Source of the DNA: Podarcis filfolensis
Taxonomy: Eukaryota
Strand: one strand, 5' to 3'
Assembly: GCA_964270895.1 (NCBI GenBank)
Contig: OZ185439.1
Length of the DNA stretch: 64,000 bases
How positions within the stretch are numbered: position 1 is the stretch's first letter; each line of letters begins with the position of its first letter. Positions 24,320 to 36,915 of this stretch are shown here, piece by piece. The position numbers were made by a program, and so were the translations under genes. Under the pieces are notes generated by a model. The model was not told the origin of the DNA, made no database searches, and saw only the letters and a list, made by a program, of their open reading frames with translations.

Positions 24320-25320
24320 TACGTGTACCCACTCCCACCGTGTGTGAAGCTGTATCCACCACCCATACCCTCCCAATTGGTGTGTCCAATAGTAGCTTTC
24401 CCTCTTCTCCCCAGCCCTCCCCTGTGGAGTTCCCATTTTTATACACATATTTTGCATATGTATAACAGTGTGCATGTGGTTGTCATTTTTTATTTCAATA
24501 CCATAAAACCCTTAAGCACAACAGCAACGAAACAGACAGACCAAACATTATTTATGATGCAGAGCAGGTGGGGGGGAAAGTTAAGAGCAGATGCGAAGAA
24601 CCCCCCACCACCACCATAACTGTTCTAACAGAGATTAAACCACACGTAGTGTGACTACTGACTTTGTGGTGTCAGCTACAGAAAGTTATCTAATGCAAGC
24701 CTGGTGTGGTAAAAGGGGCACTTGCGTAAAATAATTCACACACATGAAATTCAACCCCAAAGTGGTTACTTTTCTAAGCATCAGATAAATGTGCTGTAGG
24801 GGTGGGGGGGGTCAGTCTTTTGTGCTGAAACAGCCTCACACTATTTTATAGAGTTTTGCTGCACCTGCTTTTATACCAAAGCAATATCAGGATGTTTCTT
24901 GCACATAGGACTTTTAAAAAATATAGAGAGAGTGAGTGCCTTTTTCACATTAATACAAAAATACTAAAAAAATAACTAGGCTTGTAGTTCTTCAGTTCTA
25001 ATTATTTAACCTCCCCCACTTTTTAAAACAATGTTCTAATTGTATATTAATTTTTGTCTATACTGCCACATGAATAACTCTATTTTCTCTTACTTTTGAC
25101 ATTTGGGAAGAAAAGCCATGTGTATCATAAATATAGAATACAGCTTATTAGAATCTTCCTCCCTGAGACTTTTATATCTATTAAAAGGTGAATTAGTCAC
25201 CTTATGTACAGAATAAATGGGGTATAAATCCTTCCCACTATGGCAAAGGCTCATGCTCATTTTATTCAGAAAAGAGCAAGTAACTTTACGTATCAATAAA
25301 CTCTTATTATCAGCGCACTC
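24320..25320 (+). other. KCNMA1: Probable 3' UTR of the QEDRL isoform (intronic for the distal isoforms)
   Basis: Follows the stop at 24319. AATAAA at 25212-25217 (preceded by TGTA) and 25295-25300. The end point is inferred. Confidence 0.55.
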
Positions 25321-26921
25321 CCTTCCCATTCTGATAGCTTAATTGTGTGCTATTAAAACCTCCAGAAAGAACTTGCATACACATGAACAGGAAAATCTGG
25401 GGTCATGCTTTAGGTTGATGGGTTTAGCCAAGGTAAATAATAATATAGCTGTTGCATAGCACCTGCTGAACTTAATGGCAACATACCCTTTAAATCCTTG
25501 AAAGGATTTAAAGAACGCACAAAACAGATTGCCTTGCATTATTAGTGCCTATTGCTAACTCCTTCAATCGGGGTTGCAAGATTCCACTGCCTTAGAACTA
25601 GTAAGCCAGAGTTTCCCAAAATAGTGAGGAACAATTGTTTCTGGACTGAAACTAGAAATTTGCTTCTCTCTGTCTCTCTTGCACTCCCTCAAAAATATAT
25701 GCATTTTTTTTATAAACAACAATCTGCTCCTAGAGCAGCAGACATGCTTATGACTGGGAATAGCCCTGTTAACATGGCCTTCCAGCACCAAAAAATTTCT
25801 TTTGCCCATTCAGGGAAGGCTCCATGATGGTATCATCCCCATACTTTCTGGGCCCTGCTGAGGCTTCAGGGATTTCTTCTCACTTACCAGCTGTAATGCA
25901 GGCAGGGCTACGTGAGGGATTTGCGGTGTGTTCTCACTTATGCCACTGCCCATAAATTGGCAGGTTGTATGTGGAGAAACAATCCTGCACAGAGCTACCC
26001 CAATATACTAAGTCTGTTTTTGCACTCAGTGAACATTTTTGGGGAATCGCTGTACAGTCAGGAAGCTCTCTGAAAAGACATCTTGCAACCCTCTGTGCTA
26101 ATCAGTAGCTCATATCTAGTGCCTAACCCATTTACTTGTCAGTAAGACCTAGTCATTAGTTTCAGAAAAAAACGTGCTTTAATAATGTAGTTCAGCAAGA
26201 CACTGGCCAAGCTAACAACATTGCAGAGAATTAAATGTGGTTCACAGGAATGGAGTCAGGATTGAATGTTCACAGAACATGTTTCTAAACTATCAGGCTT
26301 GCACCTTGGAGCCCTGCACCACCTTATTTATCCATTGCAGAAGACTAGTTCCTTGCAACTGCACCTCCTTGCTCCCTACTTCCTCTGTCCTACCCCTTCC
26401 CTTTATAGAAATATTAGCTAGCTGGTTGCCTGGCATGTGCTTTATGTTTTAGAAAGTATATTGGGGATGCGGGGAGTTGCTATATAGATATTTCCCCTCC
26501 CCTCTCCTCCTCCAGAAAGCATGATGATTATAGAAGCTTGCTGTGTGAATTGACAATGAAGCCAAGCACTTTTACTGACAACCTCTGGTTTGGTGCAATG
26601 CCTAAAGCCTTTCCGCCTTACTTGTAATCCTGATTGGGAGTTCCCAGTCTTACATACTGAAGGGTGACTGCAAGTTGGCATTACTGGAAAACGTTTCAGA
26701 CTATTATTGTCCCTCTGCCCCGTAAGACCAAAGCAGTACTGCCAACTCATTGCGCTGGACCCTGAAGATAAATTTGCACAGTTTTGCAAAAGAAGGTCCT
26801 GATCTTTGCCACCAGGCATTCTCTAACACACACCAAGGATGTGCCAGTTAAAGTGCTCAATGGGACGCGTGACAGTTTAAAGGCGTTGTAAAACTTACAT
26901 AGCTTACTTCTCTTTCTAAAG

Positions 26922-26950
26922 TGCGACAAGGATGAATAGAATGGGCCAAG
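26922..26950 (+). CDS. KCNMA1: KCNMA1 29-nt alternative exon (NATRMNRMGQ), shifts the last exon into the DEC frame
   Basis: tctctttctaaag|TGCGACAAGGATGAATAGAATGGGCCAAG|gtatga. With the upstream AA it reads N-A-T-R-M-N-R-M-G-Q. Confidence 0.95.
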
Positions 26951-28949
26951 GTATGACAATTGATGGTTCTGCATGAGCTAGAAAACTGCTGTGGGGTTTC
27001 CTTCTATAACTTTGTCCTTGTGGAAACTTGTGACACATTAAAAACCACGTTACCAAACTTGATTCAGTTTTTTTTTTTAATTTCAGATTTGTTGTAATGT
27101 CTATTTTAATTTTATTTATTTATTTATTTGGCTTTGTTTCTAAACCCAAAGTAAACTGGCTGTTGTTGCTGCTGCTGTTGCTCAACTCTCATTTGCGATT
27201 TCTTTTTTCTACCCTATCACCTGCTTGCATTTCATTTCCAACTGCACGTGTCCCCCCAACTGAACAACTAGGTGCTCACTTGGTGAAACTGTTTTTTTGT
27301 TTTTTGTTTTTCCTGTGGTGCCATCTTGTCTTGTCACTCTATCTCCCCACTTCTGTCACCCAGTATACATTCACCACCATACTTCCCCCTCTCCCCCATT
27401 TCTAGTGGTGAATATTGACTTGATATTATGTTACTAATTTATTTAGGGATTGCGGGTGGGGATTCCATATGCTGCTTTGCCATCAGACCTGCTTTTCGGT
27501 TAATGCTACAACCTGGTTCCTCCAACAATGGAAGGGATGTCAATATGAAAGCAGTTGTCACATGAATTTGACGCAGCAAAGAATGTGTCTGAGGAAATGC
27601 ATAACTGTATATCTAAAATGGAGACCATTGTAGATTATGTGTTTGTATTAGAGAAAGAAAGAAAAGAAAGAAAGGGAAAAAAGACAAGAAAATGTTCTGC
27701 TTGACACAAAATTATCAATGAAAGCCTTGCTTAAATTGGGCCTCTAACGAGCTCAATTCAGCAAATACTGCTGCTGTAGGGCCTTTCCGTGCTTTTAACA
27801 AGATCCAGCACAGGAACACCATACATTCACTGGAATAGTATTCGCCCACTTTGCTTGCTGAATTGTGCCCTATATCACTACCCATTTTTACACTGCTTTC
27901 AATATACAAGTAGATTCACTTAGTAGAGATAGTGTGCATGGGGTTGTTTGTTGGTTTGTTTACTCATTTGGAAAATATTGTCTTTGAATAAAGGCCCAGG
28001 TGTTTATAAAGTGTTGAAGCACATAAGGGTTTGTAACATAAAAACAGATGTGAAAATTACAGTATATGAGAAACACACACCAAATAATGCGCTTATTATT
28101 CCCTCCTGTCCCTGCCACCTCCCATTTGAAATGGTACTACATCCTACAGGTATCCCTTCAATTAATTTGGACTATAATTCCAGGTGCCTTGGCTTAGGAA
28201 ATTTGCAGGTTAGGTGTACAAATTACAAAGGGTATTAAGAATCTGCAGTGATACAGAGATGGGATTTGTGGCTGAGAGGGGGCATTTATTGAACCCCAGG
28301 TCACACTCTTTCCCATGACGTTAACCAAAACAGTTTAGCACAGTCCCTGGTATCCTCCATAGTTATTTTTGGGGCTCAAAGGGGACAAAAACCACTTTCC
28401 ATCTAGGCTCCTCTCTCCAGGGAGGATGGCAACTGGAAGCATCTTCACAGCCTTGATTAGCTCCTGCTACTGCAGCACCATTAAAAACTCCCATCACCAG
28501 CGAGCAAGCTTGGAAGCATTGCCTTCACCCTGAATTAACTTTTGTTTGCCCTCACTGATGTTGACTTGCTTGTTTTGGTGATGGCGAGGAGAGAAAGATT
28601 TTTTAAAAAAATGAGTGGCACTGCAGCAGCAGCCAGCTGACTCTATGAAGCTGCTCCAGACCAGTGGAAAAATAAAAATAAAAGGAACAGTAAGCATGCA
28701 AGAACATTTGGGGAACATTTTGGAAGTCCTCAAGCCTTTTCTCATACCGAAAATGTTATGTGAATGTGCCTAACTTCTAATACTAGACACATTACACACA
28801 AACCCCCCCCCGGGCTTTATTCATGCTAGTAGGCAAGTGCAAGTGGTGGCCAAGGGCAGGGATGGAGATGTGCTGAAAGATGGGACATCCACAATGAAAG
28901 TTGCATCCAGCAATGTTCACTGAGGCCAGACAATCAGTGCAGTGTGGTT

Positions 28950-29205
28950 GCAGGCACTGGCAGAGGAAGGGGGTGCGGTGGGTGCAGTCCTCCCCGGTTG
29001 TCATCCCTGAGGGGGGGTGACATTGCCGCCCCGCCCCCCCGGGACACTCGCCACAGGTAGCGCCTCCCCAGATGCTCAATACTCGCTTCAGGTGGTGACC
29101 CCCCGGGATGCTCCCCTGCCCCTCTGGGCGGCTAGCCCTGCCCCCGGGTGTACAGCATGTGCGCTGCTCTGGATGCCGGCACAGCTAGCTCCGCCTCTGG
29201 TTGCA
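28950..29205. mobile_element. GC-rich probable non-autonomous DNA transposon remnant
   Basis: Abrupt GC/CpG-rich block ending CTAGCTCCGCCTCTG. Family not determined. Confidence 0.35.
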
Positions 29206-32200
29206 GGTGCACATCCAGGTCATTGTCCACTGCCTGCTTATGCACATGCATCTCCCTTGCTGGATTGGGTGGGCATTTATGCTGAGATCAGAGATGGGCA
29301 ACTTGTTCCCCACTGAAGGCAGAACTCTTCATGAGCCTGATGAGCACAGCTGTTTTGCATATTTTAGTAACACAAACATCTATTCCCACAATTTTTCTTT
29401 ACATGAATGATGGCTAAACTGCGACTGGCAGATGTGTCGCCCAACTGCTTTTATTTTGAAACCACAATGGCACAAAATGCTAAGGCACCAAACATCTCCG
29501 AACTAAAACAGTTAGGGCTGGACACGTACTTGGTTTTAAGATACAAAAGCAGGGATCCTATTGAGCTATTACATGCTTAAGTTATCCCCCTCTGAATTTA
29601 GAGGATTTAGGCCATGAATTGACTTTAATACATCACAAACAAGTGACGTCCTTTCACACTTTGTGCAAGTTGCTATTTCAACAAATATGTACACAAGTGA
29701 GCCCTGCAACATAATGTTGCTGTACGGAATGCTGCTGTTCAGAGGGTTGAGCCATCAACCCGGCTCCTGGTTTCCCTCTGCACCGCAACAGTTAGTGAGC
29801 GTTTTATGTCCCCTGAGTATGCGTAGACCTCCCCAGCCTGTTTTGGTGGGGAGGAACACACTTGCGCTTTGTTTCAGCTAGATTAAAATTTCTGCTTTCC
29901 CTATCGATTTCATGAGCAGCTCTCACTTCCATCCCTCAGGACATTTTAAAATGGCTTTTCAGTGTGAACCAGAAATTGATCTATCCGGACAATGAGATGA
30001 TTCTTTTTATCCTTTTTATAGCTAGGTCCACACATTCTACCCCAGACTCCCTTCCATCCAGTTCTGTTTCTCTCTCTCTCATTTCATTCATTCAACATTT
30101 CATGCCACTGAGTTATCATGGGGCTGTTTGACAGGGATGGGTTCAACCTCTTAGGTTTTTCTGTAAAGTTTTTGGGGGTATCAGCAAACCTTGGCGTTAA
30201 CAAAGTCTGATACCTCTCTTGTGTAAGTGGTAGGTATAGCTCTGGCTCCAGCACCACGATTGCAGGAAGACTAGAACTGATGTTAAAATGCAAGGTGGTA
30301 GTAAGAAAGTGTCCATTTGTAAGCTGCATTTGGAAAACTTGTGAAGACAAAAAGTTGGTAAGCAGGGGATAACATTATTGGGCTGCACTGTTCACCTGAC
30401 CTCTGGCCAGCCGAGTAGCTGCAGCAGACTAGGATAGGTGGGTGGTGGCGACTGCATGGCAGGTGCGATGCAAACCCACCAGTGGAGCCAATGTTGTGCT
30501 CATGCCAGCGCATTTACACTGCCCCAACACTACTGCTGCCATGCCCCTCTATATCCTGGTATACTGCAGTACCTCTGGCAGGTCAGGTAAAAGGCACAGT
30601 CCCAGTACACCAGTGGTTCTCAAATGGTGTGGCACGCCACACTTGTGTGACAGGAGAGGACGGCAAGTGTGGTGGGAAGATTCAAGCACAATCAAAGGAA
30701 CATTTGAACAGTTCAGCATAGTATAGTATCTATATTATTTGCAGATTATGGATAGGTATCTTTTCAAAATGAGAGCAAGAGCATCAAGTGATGCTGAGGA
30801 CAAGCCTAGTTGTGTTTTCCAATGCATTTATTATCAATAAAAAAATCAGTGTGGCACAAGTAAATTTTTATTCGGAAAGTGTGGAAAAAGTTTGAGAAGC
30901 ATTACACCATCCACTACCGAAGGTGGTGGATGTGGATCCTGAGCTGACTGAGGCACCTTTACCTATATGGCCCTAATCTTGGGTCAGAAAGTCCCCCAAT
31001 TACAACTTGATGGTTGTTCCCAAATTCAGGGCTAGACTAGTGGTGATGGTGGCAATCATGTCTGTTTACTTTGTAAAGCAGGACAGTTAAAGATGTGATT
31101 TGAACATCCAAATGAGTGACCGGGGAGGGGTTTTGAAACCCTCATCCCCTCCTTCTGTGTGGGACCAGCAAAGCATTCATTTTTTCTCAACCAGGATCAC
31201 TTCCTATATGGAAGCTGGGTAAAGGGGAAGGTTTCAGCTCTCCTCACCCACACAATTCTTTAATACTGAAGCTACACACCCTGCCTTATGCATGTATTAA
31301 GACGGACACATATAATTCAGGCAATGTGGCTTGCATGTTCACCTCATCTGGCCCACAGAAAACTCAAGAACATAAAACCTTACAAGTGAGATTGGAGTGC
31401 ATGAGGAGAAACAACCTAGAGCTGTGAAGCAATGTAGATGACAACCTTAGCTGGGCATCTTCATTTATTTCAGCCCCTCATTGTTCATGCCATGAAACAT
31501 GTTTGCAGGGAAAGCCAAGTCAGGAATTGTGAAAGCAGTTCAGATACAACGAGAGCACTTTGCCTTCCCAGCAAGCTGATTGGCACCTACTGCACATAAA
31601 ATACTCCCTGCCAAACAAACAAGCACGGGGGTGGCAGAACTTTTAATATGCCATTTAGAGGGAGTGAAAAAAAAGGCATGCAAGGTAATCCACCCCACCA
31701 CAAACACACACATTGCTTTTATCATTGTAAATATTCTGCTGTGAAACTTGTTACTTGCAAGGTATTTGTAGCAGATTATATATTTCTCTCTCCCACACGA
31801 AAGTTTGTGCATCCAGCGGCATTCTGTACACACGTCCCCTTCATTCCTTTTTTTGAGGGGGGGGGTTACGTAGTTTTACTTAGGTCATGTTTATCAATAC
31901 TAGTTGATCTACTCTATTAGGTCCATTAATTTCAATAGGTCTACTTAAGAGTAAAAGTTGAATACCACCCCAAGAGTACAATCTAGTCACAGTTAAGCAC
32001 AGTAAAGTTCCAATGGTAGCCCATAATTAAATCTCCTCCCGTGACATCGAGGACTGAAGTGGGGGGACATATTTGGTTGTGTTTTGCTATGGGTTGTACC
32101 CAGACTAAGACTGCAATCCTATACCAATTTACTTGAGAGAGAGCTCTGCTGAACTCAGTGGGGTTTATTTCTGTGTAGACATGTATAGGATTGTACTGTA

Positions 32201-35200
32201 AGTTCATCAAGTTTTAACCCCATTGAAATCCGTGAGGCAAATTAGTCATGATCACAACTAACTCAAGTCCCTTTGATTGCTGTGGGAATAAAGTGTAATT
32301 TACTCCAACCAATATCAGAAGCCTGAAAAGAAAGTTGCATGTAGGTTTTATATGAACCACATTTGAACCCCAAACTAATGGGCAATTTCACAGCACAAGT
32401 CTAGAATGCAAAGCCTTCCAAAATAATCTAAGCTTGCCTACCTGAGCTTGATTATCTGTGCCCTTCTTCTTGCAGAACTCTTGGAAATGTAGTAGTGTTA
32501 CTTCCAAACTTTGCTTCAACCAAAATGTGAGGTCAGGCTCTGGGAGAATATTTGAAGAACTGCAAAGGAAACAAACAGGAGTTTGACACAACCATCAAAA
32601 TGTCTCAGGAAAATTATGCATACATATCATATTTAGACCATGAGAGCAATGACTCCTCTGTTTCCGGGCAGCTCATGATGCACCAGTACATGGAAACACA
32701 TGCCCAAATAGATGCTTCATACAAATTTCAAATTCCAGGAACTGATTGCCCATTTGTGGGGAGCAAGTGGGAGCACACTCAGATGACCAGACCAATTGTC
32801 CCAGCTTTTCTCCCATCTGCAAAGTTTGTAAAGCAGCAGATCTGACGAAAAGTAATGACAAACGAGGGAGATAAAAAGTACACACACTTAACTTCTCTCA
32901 ATATCATTTTAAATACCAAGTATTTGAAAAACAGTTAGTTTGAAATTGTTTATGTGATCCTGCAAGGCTTTTAAAACATGAGAACCAGTGCATTTTAACA
33001 CCTCTCTGAAAGGTTAGTTTAATCGTAGATCATACAAAATTGGTTTCCACAAATGCATAATGGTTCATGTGTCACACTTGAACTAAATGGTTTTTAAATG
33101 GAGCTGAAATTATTTTGATGTGTACGCATTTCCCAGAATTCCACCCCCTACAACCTTTCTGAAGCCAGCCCGTCAGAAACCCTTCCCTTAGAGCCTCATT
33201 AACAATTCAGATATTCTGATGACTTTAAAAGATCTATGGCTATATGTGTGTGTATAAAACCCAGCTTGACAAAAAAGATAAATGAATATAGAAAGAAGCT
33301 GTAGGAGTCTGGCAAGCTGTAGATCATCTGAGAACAGACTGTAACTTTATCATTTTGTCAGGAAGAATAATTTAAGGCACTCAATCAGTTAGCTTCACTG
33401 TGCAGGATTTAACATTATGAATTCCTATCAGCCAATCTGTTCACATCAGAGCAAACTTAATTAGAGAGTGAAGAACCTGGTTCAGAATCATACATGCTTC
33501 TTTTTTTAAAAAAAAAGAAGGAAGTATACCCTACTCTTGAACACATATATGACAGAAAAGGCAAAATGTGCCTTTCTTTAAATAACAGGATATTTTCCGT
33601 TTTTAATCTGTTAAGTAAAAAAATTCTACAAGCAACATAAAGTTATACATAACAAGCCACTAGGCGAATAAAACCTCAGCGTGTCAGCTAATTTTCTAGC
33701 ACATAAATTTAAGCTGGACACCTAACAAATATAACACACATTCTCTAGAAACTATGCTCAGTTCCAAAGTAATATCAATATGTATCCGCAGCAGTGTTCA
33801 GGAGTGACTTCTGTGGGCCTCACATACATAAATCACTAAACCGGGCTGACTACCATCATGGCAATTTATTCATGCACAATTCTTTGTGTAAAGTTTCCAA
33901 AGGAACCCAACAGGGGTTCCTCTAAATGGGAACAGTGTGGATACTCCCATACTGGTTAAATTTTGTTTTGGGGTTGGGTGCATTGGCAAGGACCATTGCA
34001 GCAACAATCCCCTTCTAGTGGAAGGGATAGAGGCACCCACCTCCTCACCAAAGTAGGGCTCACTTCCATCCTCCCACAGATTCTTAGCCATGCCTTCAAA
34101 TAGTTGCTCCTACCTTAACTGCCCATTTCCCCAATTCCAGGAATTGAGAAAGCAGTCTATTTTTGGCCTTTGCCACTTGTGCATATGTTATCTCACAAAC
34201 CCATTCCTTTTCCCACAGTAATCTGTCTCCCCCACTGACCAATAATGAAAAATTATTTTCTCACAAAATATTCATTTTAACAGTCCAGTCTTTAGGGGTG
34301 TGGATGAATGATGAATGGCAGCTGAACCAACACCCTCTGCTGGACTCAAGCTGGCAGGGCAGAGGAATGCTTTTTTTTAATTCCTCCATCCGTCTCCAGG
34401 CTTCAAATGAAGTCTTCCTTAAGTTCCTCTCTTTCCCTTCCACTGGAAACAATGGGAGGCAAAGGGGGCAGAGAGGAGACAGTCTCAGAAGCCTTTCTTG
34501 ATTTCCTCCTGGTTTGAGGTGTGTGTTAAGGGACAGGAAACATTTGGGAATCTTCAGATCCAAGCTGCTTCCCAGATCGCCTCCAGAACATCCCCATTAG
34601 CTGTCCTCTGCTAATCTCCTTTTTTCAACGTCAGAGCTCTCCAGAGTAAGGATCGTAAGATTGCACCCTAAAATGCGTTTGACTACTTTTTTGAGCCAAT
34701 AATTTCAACATAACATTCACAAAGTGGGTAGCTAAGTTCCAAGCTGCACATCAGCATTTAGTAAAATATGAAGTTACACAGTAACTGTCCCACTAATATT
34801 ATACAAAAGAGACTGTTGAAAAAGCAGAATTCCATATTGCATGGAATGAGCCCTCTGTATGCATCACTGGATGAGCAGAATCTCCTTCAAACCTGATAGT
34901 GATTTTGGAAACTTGTGCTTATTTAGAGAATAGGTTATTTGACGGGGTGTGTGTGTATCCTGATGGGTTTTGTCAGTGCTGAACAAGCTACTCATGACTG
35001 TATTCAAGGTAAACAAAGCCTGGGATGACTACCAAGGAGGTCATGTAGGAACAGACAGCAGCAACTATTTGTCAAGAAACGCTGGGAAATACAGTAGCCC
35101 CAGCCCTGATTCAATTTAAATTTTGCATTTTCCAGTTTTGCCATTCAGATTCTGAGTTTGACATTTCGCATTTGAAATATAAACCACATTTTGAATGCCA

Positions 35201-35472
35201 ATTTTTAATCTCAAAATTCAAAATGTATGTGATTTGGACATGTTTGTGTCTCTTAATTTGACTTTGGCAGACGTGAAATACAAGTCTCGTGAATTGTCAT
35301 CTATCTATTAAATTGCATTATACATTCTCTACCAGATGCTGTCAGATACTGATATTGTTGCACATCATCACTGTACTATGTCAGCTATTGGATATAGCAA
35401 CCATGTGTTAATTCCCCAATAAACACTACATATTTTTCTAATGCCATTGCATAACATGTGTGTTGTCTAATA

Positions 35473-35656
35473 CCATATTTACTCAAATCTAATGCTCACC
35501 TTTATTGGCCAAATTACATTGTGAAAATTAAGGTGTACATTAGATTCGATGCACATTCACATCCACCAGCAAATACTTTTTTTGTTTTGTTTCAAGGTTC
35601 TGAAAATTGAGGTGGTGCATTAGATTTGGTGGTGCATTAGTCTCGAGTAAATACGG
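35473..35656. mobile_element. Tc2-like MITE (184 bp) with TA TSDs
   Basis: CCATATTTACTCAAATCTAATGC ... GCATTAGTCTCGAGTAAATACGG, flanked by TA at 35471-72 and 35657-58. Confidence 0.85.
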
Positions 35657-36159
35657 TACTAAAAATCATCTGTGAAATATTAAAAACTGTTCAGATAATC
35701 AAGCACTCCTAAAGTATCTGACAAAGAAAGTCACAATGGGGACTCTTTGAGAGAACTGTATCGGGGTAAATTCATTTCAGTTCAAATTTAAACCAGGTTA
35801 GTGCTTTTCTAAAAGCCAATCACTAGTCATTTCACTAATCACATTAAAACAGAGGGCAGCACTTCTGACACCACGTTGAAGGCTCTGGTCACCTTCCACA
35901 AATGAGTCAGTCACCTGCCAGTTCTTTTTAACCCTTTGCTTTCAAGCCTGCAAACGTTCCACCCTCTCTTCTAATCAGTGTTCTTGGGTTTATAAAATCT
36001 ACAGCACTTCACTGCTAGCCATTATTCAAAGTCACTTTCTATTGATTGCTCCCTCCGCCCGCACCCTGCACTTTTCTCAACTGCTTTTGGCATGGCACTA
36101 ATTAAACTTTTCCTTTTCCTCCTCCCTTGTTCTGTCTCTCTATCCATTTTGCTCTTTAG

Positions 36160-36314
36160 CAGAAAAGAAATGGTTTACAGATGAGCCGGATAATGCCTAT
36201 CCCAGAAACATTCAAATCAAGCCCATGAGTACACACATGGCCAATCAGATCAATCAGTATAAGTCTACAAGCAGCTTGATACCACCAATCAGAGAAGTTG
36301 AAGATGAATGTTGA
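36160..36314 (+). CDS. KCNMA1: KCNMA1 distal terminal exon, dual frame: (R/K)KEMVYR* (stop 36182-36184) or (A)EKKWFTDEPD...IREVEDEC* (stop 36312-36314)
   Basis: Pyrimidine tract then tandem acceptor TAG|CAG| (AG at 36158-59 and 36161-62). The two frames give the known EMVYR and VEDEC tails. Confidence 0.97.
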
Positions 36315-36915
36315 CTCACAGAAGGCCAGAACTATTTTTTTTTAAAACAACAACTTGACAGACTTCATGAATGGTGATGTGACATTTGTTCCTCTTTCAT
36401 GCCGAACCACTGGTGGGAAAAGTTAAAGAAAGGCAAGTGTTTGCCAGAAAGCAAAGTAGACAGATCTTTGTTTGTCTGCCTTTAATATTTGCTTCCATGT
36501 ATTTTGGAAACTATTTCATTTATAAAACAACATAATCAAAGCAGTCATGTATAGCCTCTAGCGTTCTAAATTATTTTTATTTATTAGAAAGAAAATATAT
36601 TTTTTTCTTTATTTCACTGTCAAGTATTTTCCCTTAACAAAACAGCTACAAATGTGGCCAGACTCCAGCAAAATATATATATTATATTCCTGCTCCTTTT
36701 CATGTCTTTCAGGAGAATGATGGTCACAAAACAAAGAAAAAAAATGTAATTAGAGAGAAAAATTATGTATTTTAAAAAGGTCCAACTTGTATTTTAGTAA
36801 TTCAAAGAAGAAGTAACAAAGAAGAGCATACTAGAATGTTTCTTTCCTGGAAGATGTGTATTTTGTTTAGCATTGACACCAGCTCTTAATAAACTGAAGC
36901 ATATTTATTTTGGAA
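36315..36915 (+). other. KCNMA1: 3' UTR of VYR/DEC isoforms to the proximal poly(A) signal
   Basis: AU-rich sequence after the DEC stop. AATAAA at 36888-36893. Confidence 0.65.

Noticed and set aside
26890-26950. 29-nt exon as a classic SRRM4/nSR100 microexon
   Set aside because: It is longer than 27 nt, shifts the frame, and has no intronic TGC just upstream of the acceptor.
32475-32845. Acceptor-like CCCTTCTTCTTGCAG at 32475 and nearby 97-aa ORF
   Set aside because: Both KCNMA1 frames stop within 5-18 codons, the ORF is not linked to the acceptor, and such sites are common in 9-kb introns.
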